64,000 nt of DNA from an uncultured delta proteobacterium (GTDB lineage Bacteria; Myxococcota; Myxococcia; Myxococcales; Myxococcaceae): assembly GCA_963776345.1 (NCBI GenBank), contig CAVZMH010000001.1:128001-192000 (forward strand). The letters are read 5' to 3'. Below, in pieces: positions 23,000 through 32,642 of this stretch. How positions within the stretch are numbered: the first letter of the stretch is position 1; each line of letters opens with the position of its first letter. A program made the position numbers and the translations under genes. The notes under the pieces were generated by a model. The model saw only the letters and a program-made list of their open reading frames with translations, ran no database searches and was not told where the DNA came from.

Positions 23000-23523
23000 G
23001 CCCGCCCCGCCCGCACCTCGGCCAGGTACCGGTTGAGCACCGGCGCCTCGGCGTCGAGGATCTTCAGGCCCTCGGAGTGGATCAGCCGCTCGGCGATCAT
23101 CGCCAGCGGCTTCAGCAGGAAGGGCAGCTGCAGCTTGATCTCCCCATCGAGCGTGCGCTCGGTCCGTCCGCCCGAGGGGCGGAGCCGGAGCGTCCCGGTG
23201 TTCACCAGCATCCTCGAGATGGAGTGGCTGGTCGGCACGTTGCTGAAGGTCATCTCCTTGCGATTGCGGTCGTAGGTGGACTGCTCCACGAAGGCGAACC
23301 ACTCCGGGGGCACCTGCTTGGGGCCCACCGACGGAATGACGGGGCGGGGCCGGTAGCGGACCCGCCGGCGGACCAGTGGACCTTCCTCGGTGCGCTCCAG
23401 TGCCTGGACCTCCAGGAGGACCCCGTGGTGCTGCAAGAGGTAGTCCAGGTAGCTCTGGTCGAGCATCGCCCGCTCGACCTCGTCCACCGTCCCGTCCAGG
23501 AACTGCCGCTTTTCGAAGCGCAT
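22996..23523 (-). CDS. DUF2505-like / START-fold hypothetical protein
   Basis: Coding-like composition, operonic overlap with the downstream gene, pattern of helix-grip proteins. Confidence 0.55.
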   Translation of the reverse strand: MRFEKRQFLDGTVDEVERAMLDQSYLDYLLQHHGVLLEVQALERTEEGPLVRRRVRYRPRPVIPSVGPKQVPPEWFAFVEQSTYDRNRKEMTFSNVPTSHSISRMLVNTGTLRLRPSGGRTERTLDGEIKLQLPFLLKPLAMIAERLIHSEGLKILDAEAPVLNRYLAEVRAGRA

Positions 23524-23536
23524 GCGGCGCCGCGGC

Positions 23537-25867
23537 TTAGCGGAAAGGCCCTCGGGGCACCAGGGGACCGTTGAACGCCCGCTCCTCGAAGACGCAGCGG
23601 GACTGCCATTCTGTCACCTCGGCGCGCATGGCCTCGGACAGATCCGGCATTCGGCCCAGGTCGGAGCGGACGGCCGCGCAGTCACCCGCCCGGTAGTGCG
23701 CGGAGACCAGCAGCCGCCAGGCCTCGCGGTGGACCTGCTCGGGGAGGGTGGTGGAGAGCGCGCGGCCCAGGGCCTCGCCGGCCTCGCCCGGGATGCCCAC
23801 CGCCAGCAGCCGCCGGCCGAGGAGGTAGTTCACCACCCCGTCCTCCGGCGCGAGCTGCCGCGCGCGCTCGAGCGTCCAGAGCCGCAGCTCGTCGGTGCTG
23901 GCCTCGAAGTAGGCGTGGAGCGCGGGGCCGATGCGGACGTCGGAGAGGGCAGCGCGCTTCACCTCCGCCTCCCGCTCGAGGTCCCGCCCCGGACGCAGCG
24001 CCGCGGCCCGCGCGAGCGAGGCGCCCGCGGCCTGGAGGTCACCGTTGCTCCAGGCCAGGTCGGCCCGGGCCAGCGCCACCTGCGCCTCGAGCGAGGGCAG
24101 CCCCGAGACCAGCGCCTCGGCGCGCTCGAGCACGTCGGCGGCCTCGGAGGGACGGTCCATGCGCCGGAGGAGGCTCGCCTCGCCGAGCAGGAAGTCGGGC
24201 TCGGCGGGCTGGAGCCGGGCGCAGGCGCGGAAGAGCTGCAGCGACCGCGACGGGTTGGTGGTGGCGGTCGCGCGCGCCTCCTCGGCCAGCGCCGCGACCT
24301 CACGCACGCAGGGGCGTTGGAAGAGGCTCGGCGCACGGAAGCGGGCGAAGGCCCGGTTCACCGCGCTGTCGTCCAGCGGGAGCGCGTCCAGCATCCGCTC
24401 CCACCCGGCGATCAGCGTGTCCAGGCTGCGGCCGTAGGCGGCGGCGAAGTCGCCGTGGGCCAGCAGCCGGTGGAGCCGGTCCGTCCCTTCCGTGTCCTGG
24501 AGGTAGCGGAGGAAGCTCCCCGCGGCTGCGTAGGCCCGGGCCGGCGCGGCGCTCCAGAATCCAGCCGGCCCGAGGAGCGACCGGAGATCCGGCATCAGGC
24601 CCTGCCGGCGCATGCCCGCGGCCCACTGGTGCAGCGTCAGCTCGCCGGTGGGGTCGTCGGCGGCGACCGCCACGCCCTCCACCACGCCCATCACCGGGAG
24701 GATCCACCGGGAGGTCACCCGGAACGGCCCGCTGCCGAACGCGCCCGCGGCGACGTGGGCCAGCTCGTGCTTCATCGTGGGATGCGGGAAGGGCGCGTCG
24801 TTGAGGAACACGCTCCCGAGCCACGGCTTGGCGAACTGCGTCCCGCCGGCGCCGACCCAGCGCTGCTTCTCCTCGGGGGAGCGGAACACGTAGACCCGCA
24901 CGCTCGCCGGCGGCGCGCCGAAGAACCGCGCGAGTTGCCAGAGGCGGAACTCGACGTCGTGGCGGAGCCGCTCCACCTCCTGGGGCGGCTTCTCGCGTGG
25001 ATAGAAGATCTCCGCATGCTCGGTCTCGGTCCGTCCGCCGAGCACCGCGCGGACCGCGGCGTCGGAGCTGCGGAACCCGAGCCGCACCGCACTCACCTCG
25101 AGCCCGGCGACGGTCAGGGCGAGCAGGGCCAGGGTGGTCAGCACGCGAGAGCGGTGGCGCGGATGGGTGGGTCCGGGCGCTGGAAACAGGGCCGCGGCGC
25201 AGGTGACGAGCACCGCCGCCCAGAGCACCGTCTCCAGCCGGAACCAGGCGAGCGCGGCCGGGATGCGCAGGGCCTCGTCGTAGAGCGGCCCCGGGAACAG
25301 CCCGAGGAAGAAGTTGAAGACGAAGACCTGCGGTCCCTGCACCAGGGGCCACACCGTCCAGGCCAGGGAGGCGAGCAGGAGGACCCCGTAGAGGCCGACC
25401 CAGCGGGCGCGAGCGGGGAACGCGGTGCGGCAGAAGACCCCCGCCGCGGCGGCCAGGAGGGCCGCGGGTGCCACCAGGAGCGGAAAGAAACCGGCCTGCG
25501 CGAATGGACTGCACCGGGTGCCGAGCGTGGCGCGGAGCACCGCGGCGACGAATGGCACCGCCGCCGCGGCCCAGAGCACCCCCGCGGCCGCCCCGGTGGC
25601 GCGGACGGCGGCGGTGAACGGGCCCGGTGGCCGGACGCGCGGCACGCTGGGGCGCGGCACCTTGCGCAGCTCGTCGGCGGCGCCAGCGCCCGGCCAGCCT
25701 CCGAGGAGGGTGCACAGCGCCGACACCGCCAGTCCCAGCTCCAGCCCGGGGAGCTCGAACAGCGGCAGGAGCACCAGGGCCGAACCGCCGAGCGCCACCG
25801 CGGCGGCCGGAAGCCACCCGGCGGGTCGTCGGAGCAGATCCCGGGCCGTGCGCACGACGGGGGGCAT
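23537..25867 (-). CDS. Polytopic membrane protein with zincin (HExxH) domain and C-terminal TPR-like repeats
   Basis: Several N-terminal TMs, HELAH...EGVA gluzincin-like motif, Y...GSF..YL, Ala/Leu/Arg-rich helical repeats. Confidence 0.7.
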   Translation of the reverse strand: MPPVVRTARDLLRRPAGWLPAAAVALGGSALVLLPLFELPGLELGLAVSALCTLLGGWPGAGAADELRKVPRPSVPRVRPPGPFTAAVRATGAAAGVLWAAAAVPFVAAVLRATLGTRCSPFAQAGFFPLLVAPAALLAAAAGVFCRTAFPARARWVGLYGVLLLASLAWTVWPLVQGPQVFVFNFFLGLFPGPLYDEALRIPAALAWFRLETVLWAAVLVTCAAALFPAPGPTHPRHRSRVLTTLALLALTVAGLEVSAVRLGFRSSDAAVRAVLGGRTETEHAEIFYPREKPPQEVERLRHDVEFRLWQLARFFGAPPASVRVYVFRSPEEKQRWVGAGGTQFAKPWLGSVFLNDAPFPHPTMKHELAHVAAGAFGSGPFRVTSRWILPVMGVVEGVAVAADDPTGELTLHQWAAGMRRQGLMPDLRSLLGPAGFWSAAPARAYAAAGSFLRYLQDTEGTDRLHRLLAHGDFAAAYGRSLDTLIAGWERMLDALPLDDSAVNRAFARFRAPSLFQRPCVREVAALAEEARATATTNPSRSLQLFRACARLQPAEPDFLLGEASLLRRMDRPSEAADVLERAEALVSGLPSLEAQVALARADLAWSNGDLQAAGASLARAAALRPGRDLEREAEVKRAALSDVRIGPALHAYFEASTDELRLWTLERARQLAPEDGVVNYLLGRRLLAVGIPGEAGEALGRALSTTLPEQVHREAWRLLVSAHYRAGDCAAVRSDLGRMPDLSEAMRAEVTEWQSRCVFEERAFNGPLVPRGPFR

Positions 25868-25896
25868 CGGATCTCCGTATACTGCCCGTCCCTCCC

Positions 25897-26279
25897 GTGA
25901 CGGAACCGAAGACCGAAGGGCGCACCTACCCGAGGGCGCCGATCGAGCTGAAGGTCGACTACAAGAAGCTCAACAGCTTCTTCGCCGACTACACCCGGAA
26001 CATCAGCAAGGGCGGCACCTTCATCAAGACGCGCAAGCCGCTCCCGGTCGGGACCCGCTTCCTGTTCAAGCTGTCCATCCCCGCCCGGGAGGACCCGTTC
26101 GAGCTGCTGGGGGAGGTGGCCTGGAGCAGCGGCGAGGGCGACGACGCGGGCATGGGCATCCGGTTCGTGTACGAGGACGACACGCAGCGCTTCGCCTTCG
26201 AGGACGTGGTGGAGCGCCTGATGAGCGAGAGCCTGGGCCGGGAGCTGACCCTCAGGCTCCTGAACAAGGCTGGGGCGGG

Positions 26280-26283
<4 letters not shown>
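25897..26283 (+). CDS. plpA: Stand-alone PilZ-domain protein (TIGR02266-type, PlpA-like)
   Basis: GTG 25897, RTYPR (RxxxR) and NISKGG (D/NxSxxG), GMGIRF. Symbol is based on proximity to cglC/glt, from memory of M. xanthus. Confidence 0.75.
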
Positions 26284-26795
<512 letters not shown>

Positions 26796-26798
26796 GCG

Positions 26799-27314
26799 TC
26801 AGGTCCCGCCGTCGCCGCGGGCGCAGAAGAAGGCCGAGCGGCTGTTGTTGAAGTACTCCTGGCACTTCACCGGGTCCTTGCAGATCTCGGCGATGGTGTC
26901 GTTGTCCAGCACCAGCGGCCGGCAGCTCATCACCAGCGACGGATCGTTCTGGAGATCCTGGAACTGCGGGGTGCAGCCGCCGGTGCTGCCCTGTGCGCAG
27001 GCGTGGCTGCAGTAGCCGGTGGCCGGATCGGCCAGCACCGCGGGATTGGCGGTGGCCTGCGCCAGCACCGCGCTGACCCCGTTCTGGTCCAGCACGCAGA
27101 CCAGGTCCTCGCACTCCACCGAGCCGAAGCTGAGGAAGTCCTTCCCCGCGCTGAGCTCGGCGACGATGACGTTGGTCGGGCCACCGTCCGGCAAGGCCTT
27201 GAGGAGATGACAGTTGGGCTTGCCGAGGTCGGTGTCGGCCTTGCACGCCATCATCGAGACGGCGACTGCGGTTGCGACGGCCAGGGGCAAGCGCGCGCGG
27301 AGGGATGCAACCAT
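26799..27314 (-). CDS. cglC: Gliding motility lipoprotein CglC (AgmO/GltK)
   Basis: Lipobox-like MMA|C then KADTDLGKPNC; Cys-rich DFLSFGSVECEDLVCV.D, GYCS..C, FFCAR; divergent from gltBAC. Confidence 0.85.
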   Translation of the reverse strand: MVASLRARLPLAVATAVAVSMMACKADTDLGKPNCHLLKALPDGGPTNVIVAELSAGKDFLSFGSVECEDLVCVLDQNGVSAVLAQATANPAVLADPATGYCSHACAQGSTGGCTPQFQDLQNDPSLVMSCRPLVLDNDTIAEICKDPVKCQEYFNNSRSAFFCARGDGGT

Positions 27315-27516
27315 TCGCCCCGGCACGGTAGCACAACGGTTCCGGAGGTCAGCTTCACCCGTCACGCGGTGTGCGGCGCCGTGTCTACGAACGTCCCACC
27401 TTTCGCCCGGGCGACACGCACTTCCGCGAGAGCGGAACGATGGTAGAGTCCGCGGCTGCGTTGCCAACGACGGATGCGACACGCCGCACCGTAGTCCCGG
27501 ACGGAGATTCTTCACC

Positions 27517-28398
27517 TTGACGCGACCTCTGGCAGCGGTCACGTGCCTGCTTCTCATGCTGTCGGCGCAGCAGGTGCGCGCGCAGGCCTCGTCACCACCC
27601 CCGCCGGCGACGGCGACCCCCCCGGCTGCGCCGGAGAAGCCGCCCGAGCCGACCACCGAGGGGCTGGGCCTCGACCTCACCGAGGAGGCCAAGAAGCCGG
27701 CGCCGTCGACCGTGGCGCTGCCCAGCGACAAGGTGAAGACCGACGCGCCAGTGCTCGACGAGCAGTCCCTGGTCGAGGACGACCGGGTGAAGAGCATCCA
27801 GCGGAAGGTCTTCCTCAAGACCCACCGCTTCGAGCTCCTCCCCACCATCTTCGTGTCGGTCAACGACCCGTACTACTCGAAGTGGGGCGGGAGCCTGCGC
27901 GGCTCGTTCTTCCTCTCCGACACCCTGGCGGTGGCGGTGCACGCGTCGATCTACGACCTCCTGCCCACCGACGACGTGCGGACGGCGAAGGCGAACTTCC
28001 AGAGCCGGATCTTCTACTCGGTGCCCAAGTGGTCGCTGCTCGGCGCGGTGGAGTGGAGCCCGATCTACGGCAAGGCCACCATCTTCAACAGCATCATCCA
28101 CTTCGACGGGTTCATCCTCGCGGGAATGGGGGCGCTCTGGAGCGACACCTCCTCCACGCCACTGGACAGCAAGAACCCCTCGGGGTCCGCGCGCGGGCCG
28201 AACATCGCCGCCGAGTTCGGGATCGGATTCCGCTTCATGACCACCGACTGGCTGAGCGTGAACCTCGCGCTGATCGACACCAGCTACGTGGACCAGCCGG
28301 CGGGTACCAACAAGGGGGCCATCCAGAACATCCTGGCCCTGAATGCCGGCGTGTCGCTGTTCTTCCCGTTCCGTAGCACCGGGAGGGAGTCCGAGTGA
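27517..28398 (+). CDS. gltB: Outer-membrane beta-barrel gliding protein GltB
   Basis: Signal peptide, EDDRVKSIQRKVFLK.HRFEL, VNDPYY, WSPIYGK, terminal GVSLFFP. Start (TTG 27517 vs ATG 27556) is uncertain. Confidence 0.8.
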   Translation: MTRPLAAVTCLLLMLSAQQVRAQASSPPPPATATPPAAPEKPPEPTTEGLGLDLTEEAKKPAPSTVALPSDKVKTDAPVLDEQSLVEDDRVKSIQRKVFLKTHRFELLPTIFVSVNDPYYSKWGGSLRGSFFLSDTLAVAVHASIYDLLPTDDVRTAKANFQSRIFYSVPKWSLLGAVEWSPIYGKATIFNSIIHFDGFILAGMGALWSDTSSTPLDSKNPSGSARGPNIAAEFGIGFRFMTTDWLSVNLALIDTSYVDQPAGTNKGAIQNILALNAGVSLFFPFRSTGRESE

Positions 28399-29162
28399 GC
28401 GCCCGACGCCTCGTGCTCCTCCTGCTCGCGCTCGCGCCGGTCGCCCGGGCGCAGGACCTCGCCCCCTCCAGCGAGGCCGGGGATACCGCCGCGATGGACC
28501 GGGACATCGGTCCGCTCAAGGACCGCGTACCGCCGGTGACCGGGTACACCTTCCTCATGGCGCGGCGGTTCGAGATCGCGCCCACGGTGAGCATCAGCTT
28601 CCGCGACGCCTTCTGGAGCAAGTACGTGCTCGGGGCGACCGCGACCTACCACTTCAACGAGACGCTGGCCCTCGCGCTCCGCGGCGGGTACGCCATCACC
28701 TCGATCAGCGGCTCGGCGCAGATCTGCCCGCCGGGCGAGGCCTGCCGCAAGCCCACCGTGGAGGAGCTGGACGGCAAGGGGCCGGGGCAGATCAAGATGG
28801 TCACCGCGCTCGACGTGGAGTGGGCACCGCTCTACGGGAAGATCTCGCTGCTCGCCGAGGGCTTCGCGCACTTCAACCTCTACCTGATCGGCGGGCCGGT
28901 CGCGGTGATGTACCAGGCGCCGAAGGATCTGAGCGCGCCCGGCAGCGACGCGGCCTGGGCGCTGGGAGGCGAGGCGGGGCTGGGGATGCGGTTCGTCTTC
29001 AACCGCTGGATGGCGCTGCGCTTCGAGCTGCGGGACATGATCTACCGGGAGAAGACCGTGGGGGCCACCGAGACCACCGGGGCCTCGTACCAGATCCGCA
29101 ACCAGCTCTTCTTCGACATCGGGCTGTCGTTCTTCTTCCCCAACAACTTCAACGAGGGCTAG
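28395..29162 (+). CDS. gltA: Outer-membrane beta-barrel gliding protein GltA
   Basis: Paralog of the preceding gene (RFEIAP, DAFW.K, WAPLYGK, GLSFFFP), GTGA overlap, directly before gltC. Confidence 0.8.
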   Translation: MSARRLVLLLLALAPVARAQDLAPSSEAGDTAAMDRDIGPLKDRVPPVTGYTFLMARRFEIAPTVSISFRDAFWSKYVLGATATYHFNETLALALRGGYAITSISGSAQICPPGEACRKPTVEELDGKGPGQIKMVTALDVEWAPLYGKISLLAEGFAHFNLYLIGGPVAVMYQAPKDLSAPGSDAAWALGGEAGLGMRFVFNRWMALRFELRDMIYREKTVGATETTGASYQIRNQLFFDIGLSFFFPNNFNEG

Positions 29163-29177
29163 GGAGGGGTCGCCGAC

Positions 29178-31076
29178 ATGTTCCGCTCGCTCCGCCCCGT
29201 CGCCCTCGCGCTCTCGGTCCTGCTCGCCGGAGGCGCGCTGGGGCAGACCTTCCAGGGTCTCGACTCCCCGCCGCCGCCGCCGAAGAAGAAGACCAAGCCC
29301 AAGAGCACCTCGAGCACCGCCACGCCGGCGCCGGGGACCAGCACGCCGGCGGCGTCCTCGGGCGCGCAGGACATGGGGCTGGACCTGTCCACGCCCGCGC
29401 CGGCGGCCAAGCCGGCTCTCCCGATGCCGCCCCCGCCCCCGTCGAAGAAGGGGACGGCGCCGACCACCACCTTCGAGGCGCTGGACGTCACCGGGCGGAC
29501 CGCGGACCGGCAGCGGCTGGAGGCGGCCAACGCGTCGTTCAACCGCGGCGAGTACGACAAGGCGGCGCTGGCGGCCTGGGAGCTGATGAACGACCCGAAG
29601 ATGGCGCCGCTCCAGCTGGAGTCGCAATATCTCCTCGGGAAGACGCTGTACCGCATGGCCCAGTACCACGCGGCGCTCGGCGAGTTCAGCCAGATCCTGG
29701 CCAAGGGCAAGGACACCCGGTTCTTCAGCAAGTCGCTGGAGTGGCTCTTCTTCATCAGCCACAAGACGGTGAACGAGTCGGTCATCCTCGACGAGGTCGC
29801 GCGCTACGCCAACGCCGACTGGCCCGAGCGGTACCAGGACGAGTTCCACTACCTGCTGGCCCGTTACTACTTCGTGCGTGGCCGGGCGCTGGACACGGTG
29901 GAGCAGAAGGGCGAGGCCGGGAAGAGCTTCGAGGACGCGCGCAAGCTCAGCGCGCAGATCCCGAAGAGCGACCGCTTCTACGGCCAGGCCAAGTACCTCG
30001 AGGGTCTCACCTGGTTCCGCGACGGGAACATGCCGCACGCGCTGGAGGCGATGAAGGAAGTGGTCCGGGTCACCCGGCCCGCCCCCGAACGGAGCCCGGC
30101 GGAGGCGAAGGTGGCGGACACGACCCGCGACCTGGCGTTCATGCAGCTGGCGCGCATCCACTACGGGGCGCGGCAGAACCGCTACGCGCTCTACTATTAC
30201 GCGAAGATCGAGCGCGGGAAGCCGCAGTGGCTGGAGGCGCTGTTCGAGTCCGCCTGGGCCAACTACCGCATCGGGCAGTACGAGCAGGCGCTGGGGAATC
30301 TCATCACCCTCTCCAGCCCCTTCTTCCGCGACGAGTACTTCCCCGAGGCGCTGATCCTCAAGGCGGTCATCTATTACGAGAACTGCCGCTACGCCGAGTC
30401 GACGGCGATCGTCCAGGAGTTCGAGCGGCGGTACAAGCCGGTCTACGACGCGCTGGAGAACCTGACCCGGAAGAACATGGAGGCGGCCGACTACTACGCG
30501 GTCCTGGCCGACATCCAGAAGAAGAACCGGGCGGCGAAGAAGGCGGGCCAGAGCCCGGACCTGATCCTCGAGCGGGTGCTGAAGCTGGCCCTGAGCGACA
30601 AGGACCTCAAGAACACCAACGAGTCGATCATCGAGCTGGAGAACGAGCTGGACTCGGAGAAGAGCCACCCCAGCCTGAACAACACCGACCTGGCGCGGCA
30701 CCTCCAGGACTTGCTCAAGAAGCAGCGGTCGGCGCTGATCCAGAAGGCCGGGCTGATGGCCCGGGCGAAGCTGGAGCAGGAGCAGACCGAGCTCCGGACG
30801 CTGCTGGGCAACGGGGAGCGGATCAAGTTCGAGACCACCACCAAGGAGAAGGAGTTCCTGGAGGAGCAGCTCCAGGCGGGTGGCCGCCGGGCGATCATCA
30901 AGAAGTACCGGTACTCGGTGGCGGTGAACGACGATCAGCTCTACTGGCCCTTCCAGGGCGAGTTCTGGCGCGACGAGCTGGGCACGTACCAGTACACGCT
31001 CACCAAGGGCTGCATCGAGCGGAAGACCGCGAACCAGAACGTGTCGGAAGCGGGCGCGCCGGCGACGCCCAAGTAG
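29178..31076 (+). CDS. gltC: Adventurous gliding motility TPR protein GltC
   Basis: Signal peptide QTFQGLD, Pro/Lys linker, TPRs, terminal YWPFQGEFWRDELGTYQYTLTKGC. Confidence 0.9.
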   Translation: MFRSLRPVALALSVLLAGGALGQTFQGLDSPPPPPKKKTKPKSTSSTATPAPGTSTPAASSGAQDMGLDLSTPAPAAKPALPMPPPPPSKKGTAPTTTFEALDVTGRTADRQRLEAANASFNRGEYDKAALAAWELMNDPKMAPLQLESQYLLGKTLYRMAQYHAALGEFSQILAKGKDTRFFSKSLEWLFFISHKTVNESVILDEVARYANADWPERYQDEFHYLLARYYFVRGRALDTVEQKGEAGKSFEDARKLSAQIPKSDRFYGQAKYLEGLTWFRDGNMPHALEAMKEVVRVTRPAPERSPAEAKVADTTRDLAFMQLARIHYGARQNRYALYYYAKIERGKPQWLEALFESAWANYRIGQYEQALGNLITLSSPFFRDEYFPEALILKAVIYYENCRYAESTAIVQEFERRYKPVYDALENLTRKNMEAADYYAVLADIQKKNRAAKKAGQSPDLILERVLKLALSDKDLKNTNESIIELENELDSEKSHPSLNNTDLARHLQDLLKKQRSALIQKAGLMARAKLEQEQTELRTLLGNGERIKFETTTKEKEFLEEQLQAGGRRAIIKKYRYSVAVNDDQLYWPFQGEFWRDELGTYQYTLTKGCIERKTANQNVSEAGAPATPK

Positions 31077-31089
31077 TCCGCTGCCTTCC

Positions 31090-31313
31090 GTGAGCATCGC
31101 ATCCGCCCAGTGGGCTGCATTCGCTCGCTAGGTCGCCCGCAATCGCCGGCTCTGGCCTACCGAAGTTTCGAACCGCAGGAGAGGCTGGAGCGCGACAGGT
31201 TGCTCGTGGGAGTCAACTGGAGCGGTCGCCGGGCGAATGGCTACGAGGTGTCTCCAGCCGATGTCCGCGCTCGGATCGAATTCGAGCTGGGTCGGATGGA
31301 GGACGCGGCGTAG
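31090..31313 (+). pseudogene. Decayed DUF2750-like gene
   Basis: GTG 31090 gives VSIASAQWAAFAR*VARNRRLW (TAG 31129-31131). A second frame gives AYRSFEPQE-RLERDRLLVGVNWSGRRANGYEV, resembling the DUF2750 C-terminus. Confidence 0.6.
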
Positions 31314-31361
31314 GTCACGCCGGTCCCTGGCCGAGAGCCGGCGGCCCGCGCGTCGATTGGA

Positions 31362-31410
31362 CAGGAAACGTGCCTGACTACTTCCGGGAAATAGACAGGT
31401 GACTTTCCTG
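31362..31410. repeat. Imperfect 24-bp inverted repeat (REP-like or operator-like palindrome)
   Basis: Arms 31362-31385 and 31387-31410 match 18/24 as an inverted repeat. Also contains GACAGG-N7-CCTGAC twice. Confidence 0.55.
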
Positions 31411-31601
31411 ACCAGTCGGCTGCTTCGCGGGACCCGCCCGCTGCGGTCGCGGAGCCCGGCTGCGGCGCGAGTCCGGTGGGTCCTCAGGGGCACACGCGGC
31501 GAGCGGGCGAGCGCCCGAGCCGCTCCCGCGTCTCTCGTCCTCCGGGGTGCGGATCGGGCTCGGTCCGCAGGCCGGGACTCCACTAGGATGCGCGGGCCTC
31601 C

Positions 31602-32639
31602 ATGCCGCCCCGCGCCACCACCATCGCCTTCGACGTCATGGGCGGCGACCACGGGCCGGCCGAGGTGGTGCGGGGAGCGGCCGCGCTCTCGCTCGAGGCG
31701 CCGCACGTGCACGCGCTCCTGGTCGGCGACGGCCAGCAGATCGACCGGGTGCTCGCCGAGACCCGTCACAGCGGTGAGCGGATCAGCGTCCACCACGCCC
31801 CGGACTTCGTGGGGATGCACGAGAAGCCCTCCGAGGCCCTGGGCCGCACGCCCAAGGCCTCGATCCTCGTCGCCACCCAGCTCGTCGCCGACGGCGAGGC
31901 CGACGCCCTGGTGACCGCCGGGAACACCGGGGCCGGGGTGCTCGCCTGCTCCCGCACCTTCCGCCTGATCCCCGGCGTGCGGCGCGCGGCCCTGGCGGCC
32001 GTCTACCCGACCCGGACCTGGCATGGCACCAAGGAGGACCCGTTCAGCCTGATCCTCGACGTGGGGGCGACGGTGGACGCCACCGCCGAAGATCTAGTGA
32101 CCTTCGCGGTGATGGGGTCGGCCTACGCCCGCATCATCAGCCAGAACCACAATCCGTCGGTCGCCCTGCTCTCCAACGGCACCGAGGCCACCAAGGGGCC
32201 GCCGCGCGTCGTCGAGGCGCACGCCAGGCTGGCCCAGCTCCCGGGCATCCGCTTCGTGGGGAACGTCGAGGGCGTGGACATCCCGAAGGGCACGGCGGAC
32301 GTCATCTGCTGCGACGGCTTCGTCGGCAACGTGTGCCTGAAGATGCTGGAGGGCGTGGCCGAGACGGTGGTCGAGCTGGCCAACTACGCCTACCACTCGG
32401 CGCTGCGCTGGAAGATCGGCCTTGCCTTGCTCAGCAACGGGCTGAGACAGCTCAAGGACGTGACCGACTGGCAGCAGTACGGCGGAGCGCCCGTGCTCGG
32501 CTTCGACCGGCTGTTCATCAAGGCCCACGGCCGCTCGAAGGCCCGGGCCATCGCCAACGCCGGAAAGGTCGCCGCCAAGGCGGTCACCTCGGATCTGGTC
32601 CACGCAATTCGGGAGGGGCTGTCGCCCGGCGGCTCCTGA
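31602..32639 (+). CDS. plsX: Phosphate acyltransferase PlsX
   Basis: IAFDVMGGDHGP, AGNTGA, LD.GA, FVGNVEG, CDGFVGNV.LK..EG, YGGAP.LG, KAHGRS. Confidence 0.92.
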   Translation: MPPRATTIAFDVMGGDHGPAEVVRGAAALSLEAPHVHALLVGDGQQIDRVLAETRHSGERISVHHAPDFVGMHEKPSEALGRTPKASILVATQLVADGEADALVTAGNTGAGVLACSRTFRLIPGVRRAALAAVYPTRTWHGTKEDPFSLILDVGATVDATAEDLVTFAVMGSAYARIISQNHNPSVALLSNGTEATKGPPRVVEAHARLAQLPGIRFVGNVEGVDIPKGTADVICCDGFVGNVCLKMLEGVAETVVELANYAYHSALRWKIGLALLSNGLRQLKDVTDWQQYGGAPVLGFDRLFIKAHGRSKARAIANAGKVAAKAVTSDLVHAIREGLSPGGS

Positions 32640-32642
32640 CCG

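Noticed and set aside
27366..27490. Partial long-range inverted repeat in the cglC-gltB divergent region (possible ncRNA)
   Set aside because: Short, gapped and GC-rich; not distinguishable from chance without covariation data.
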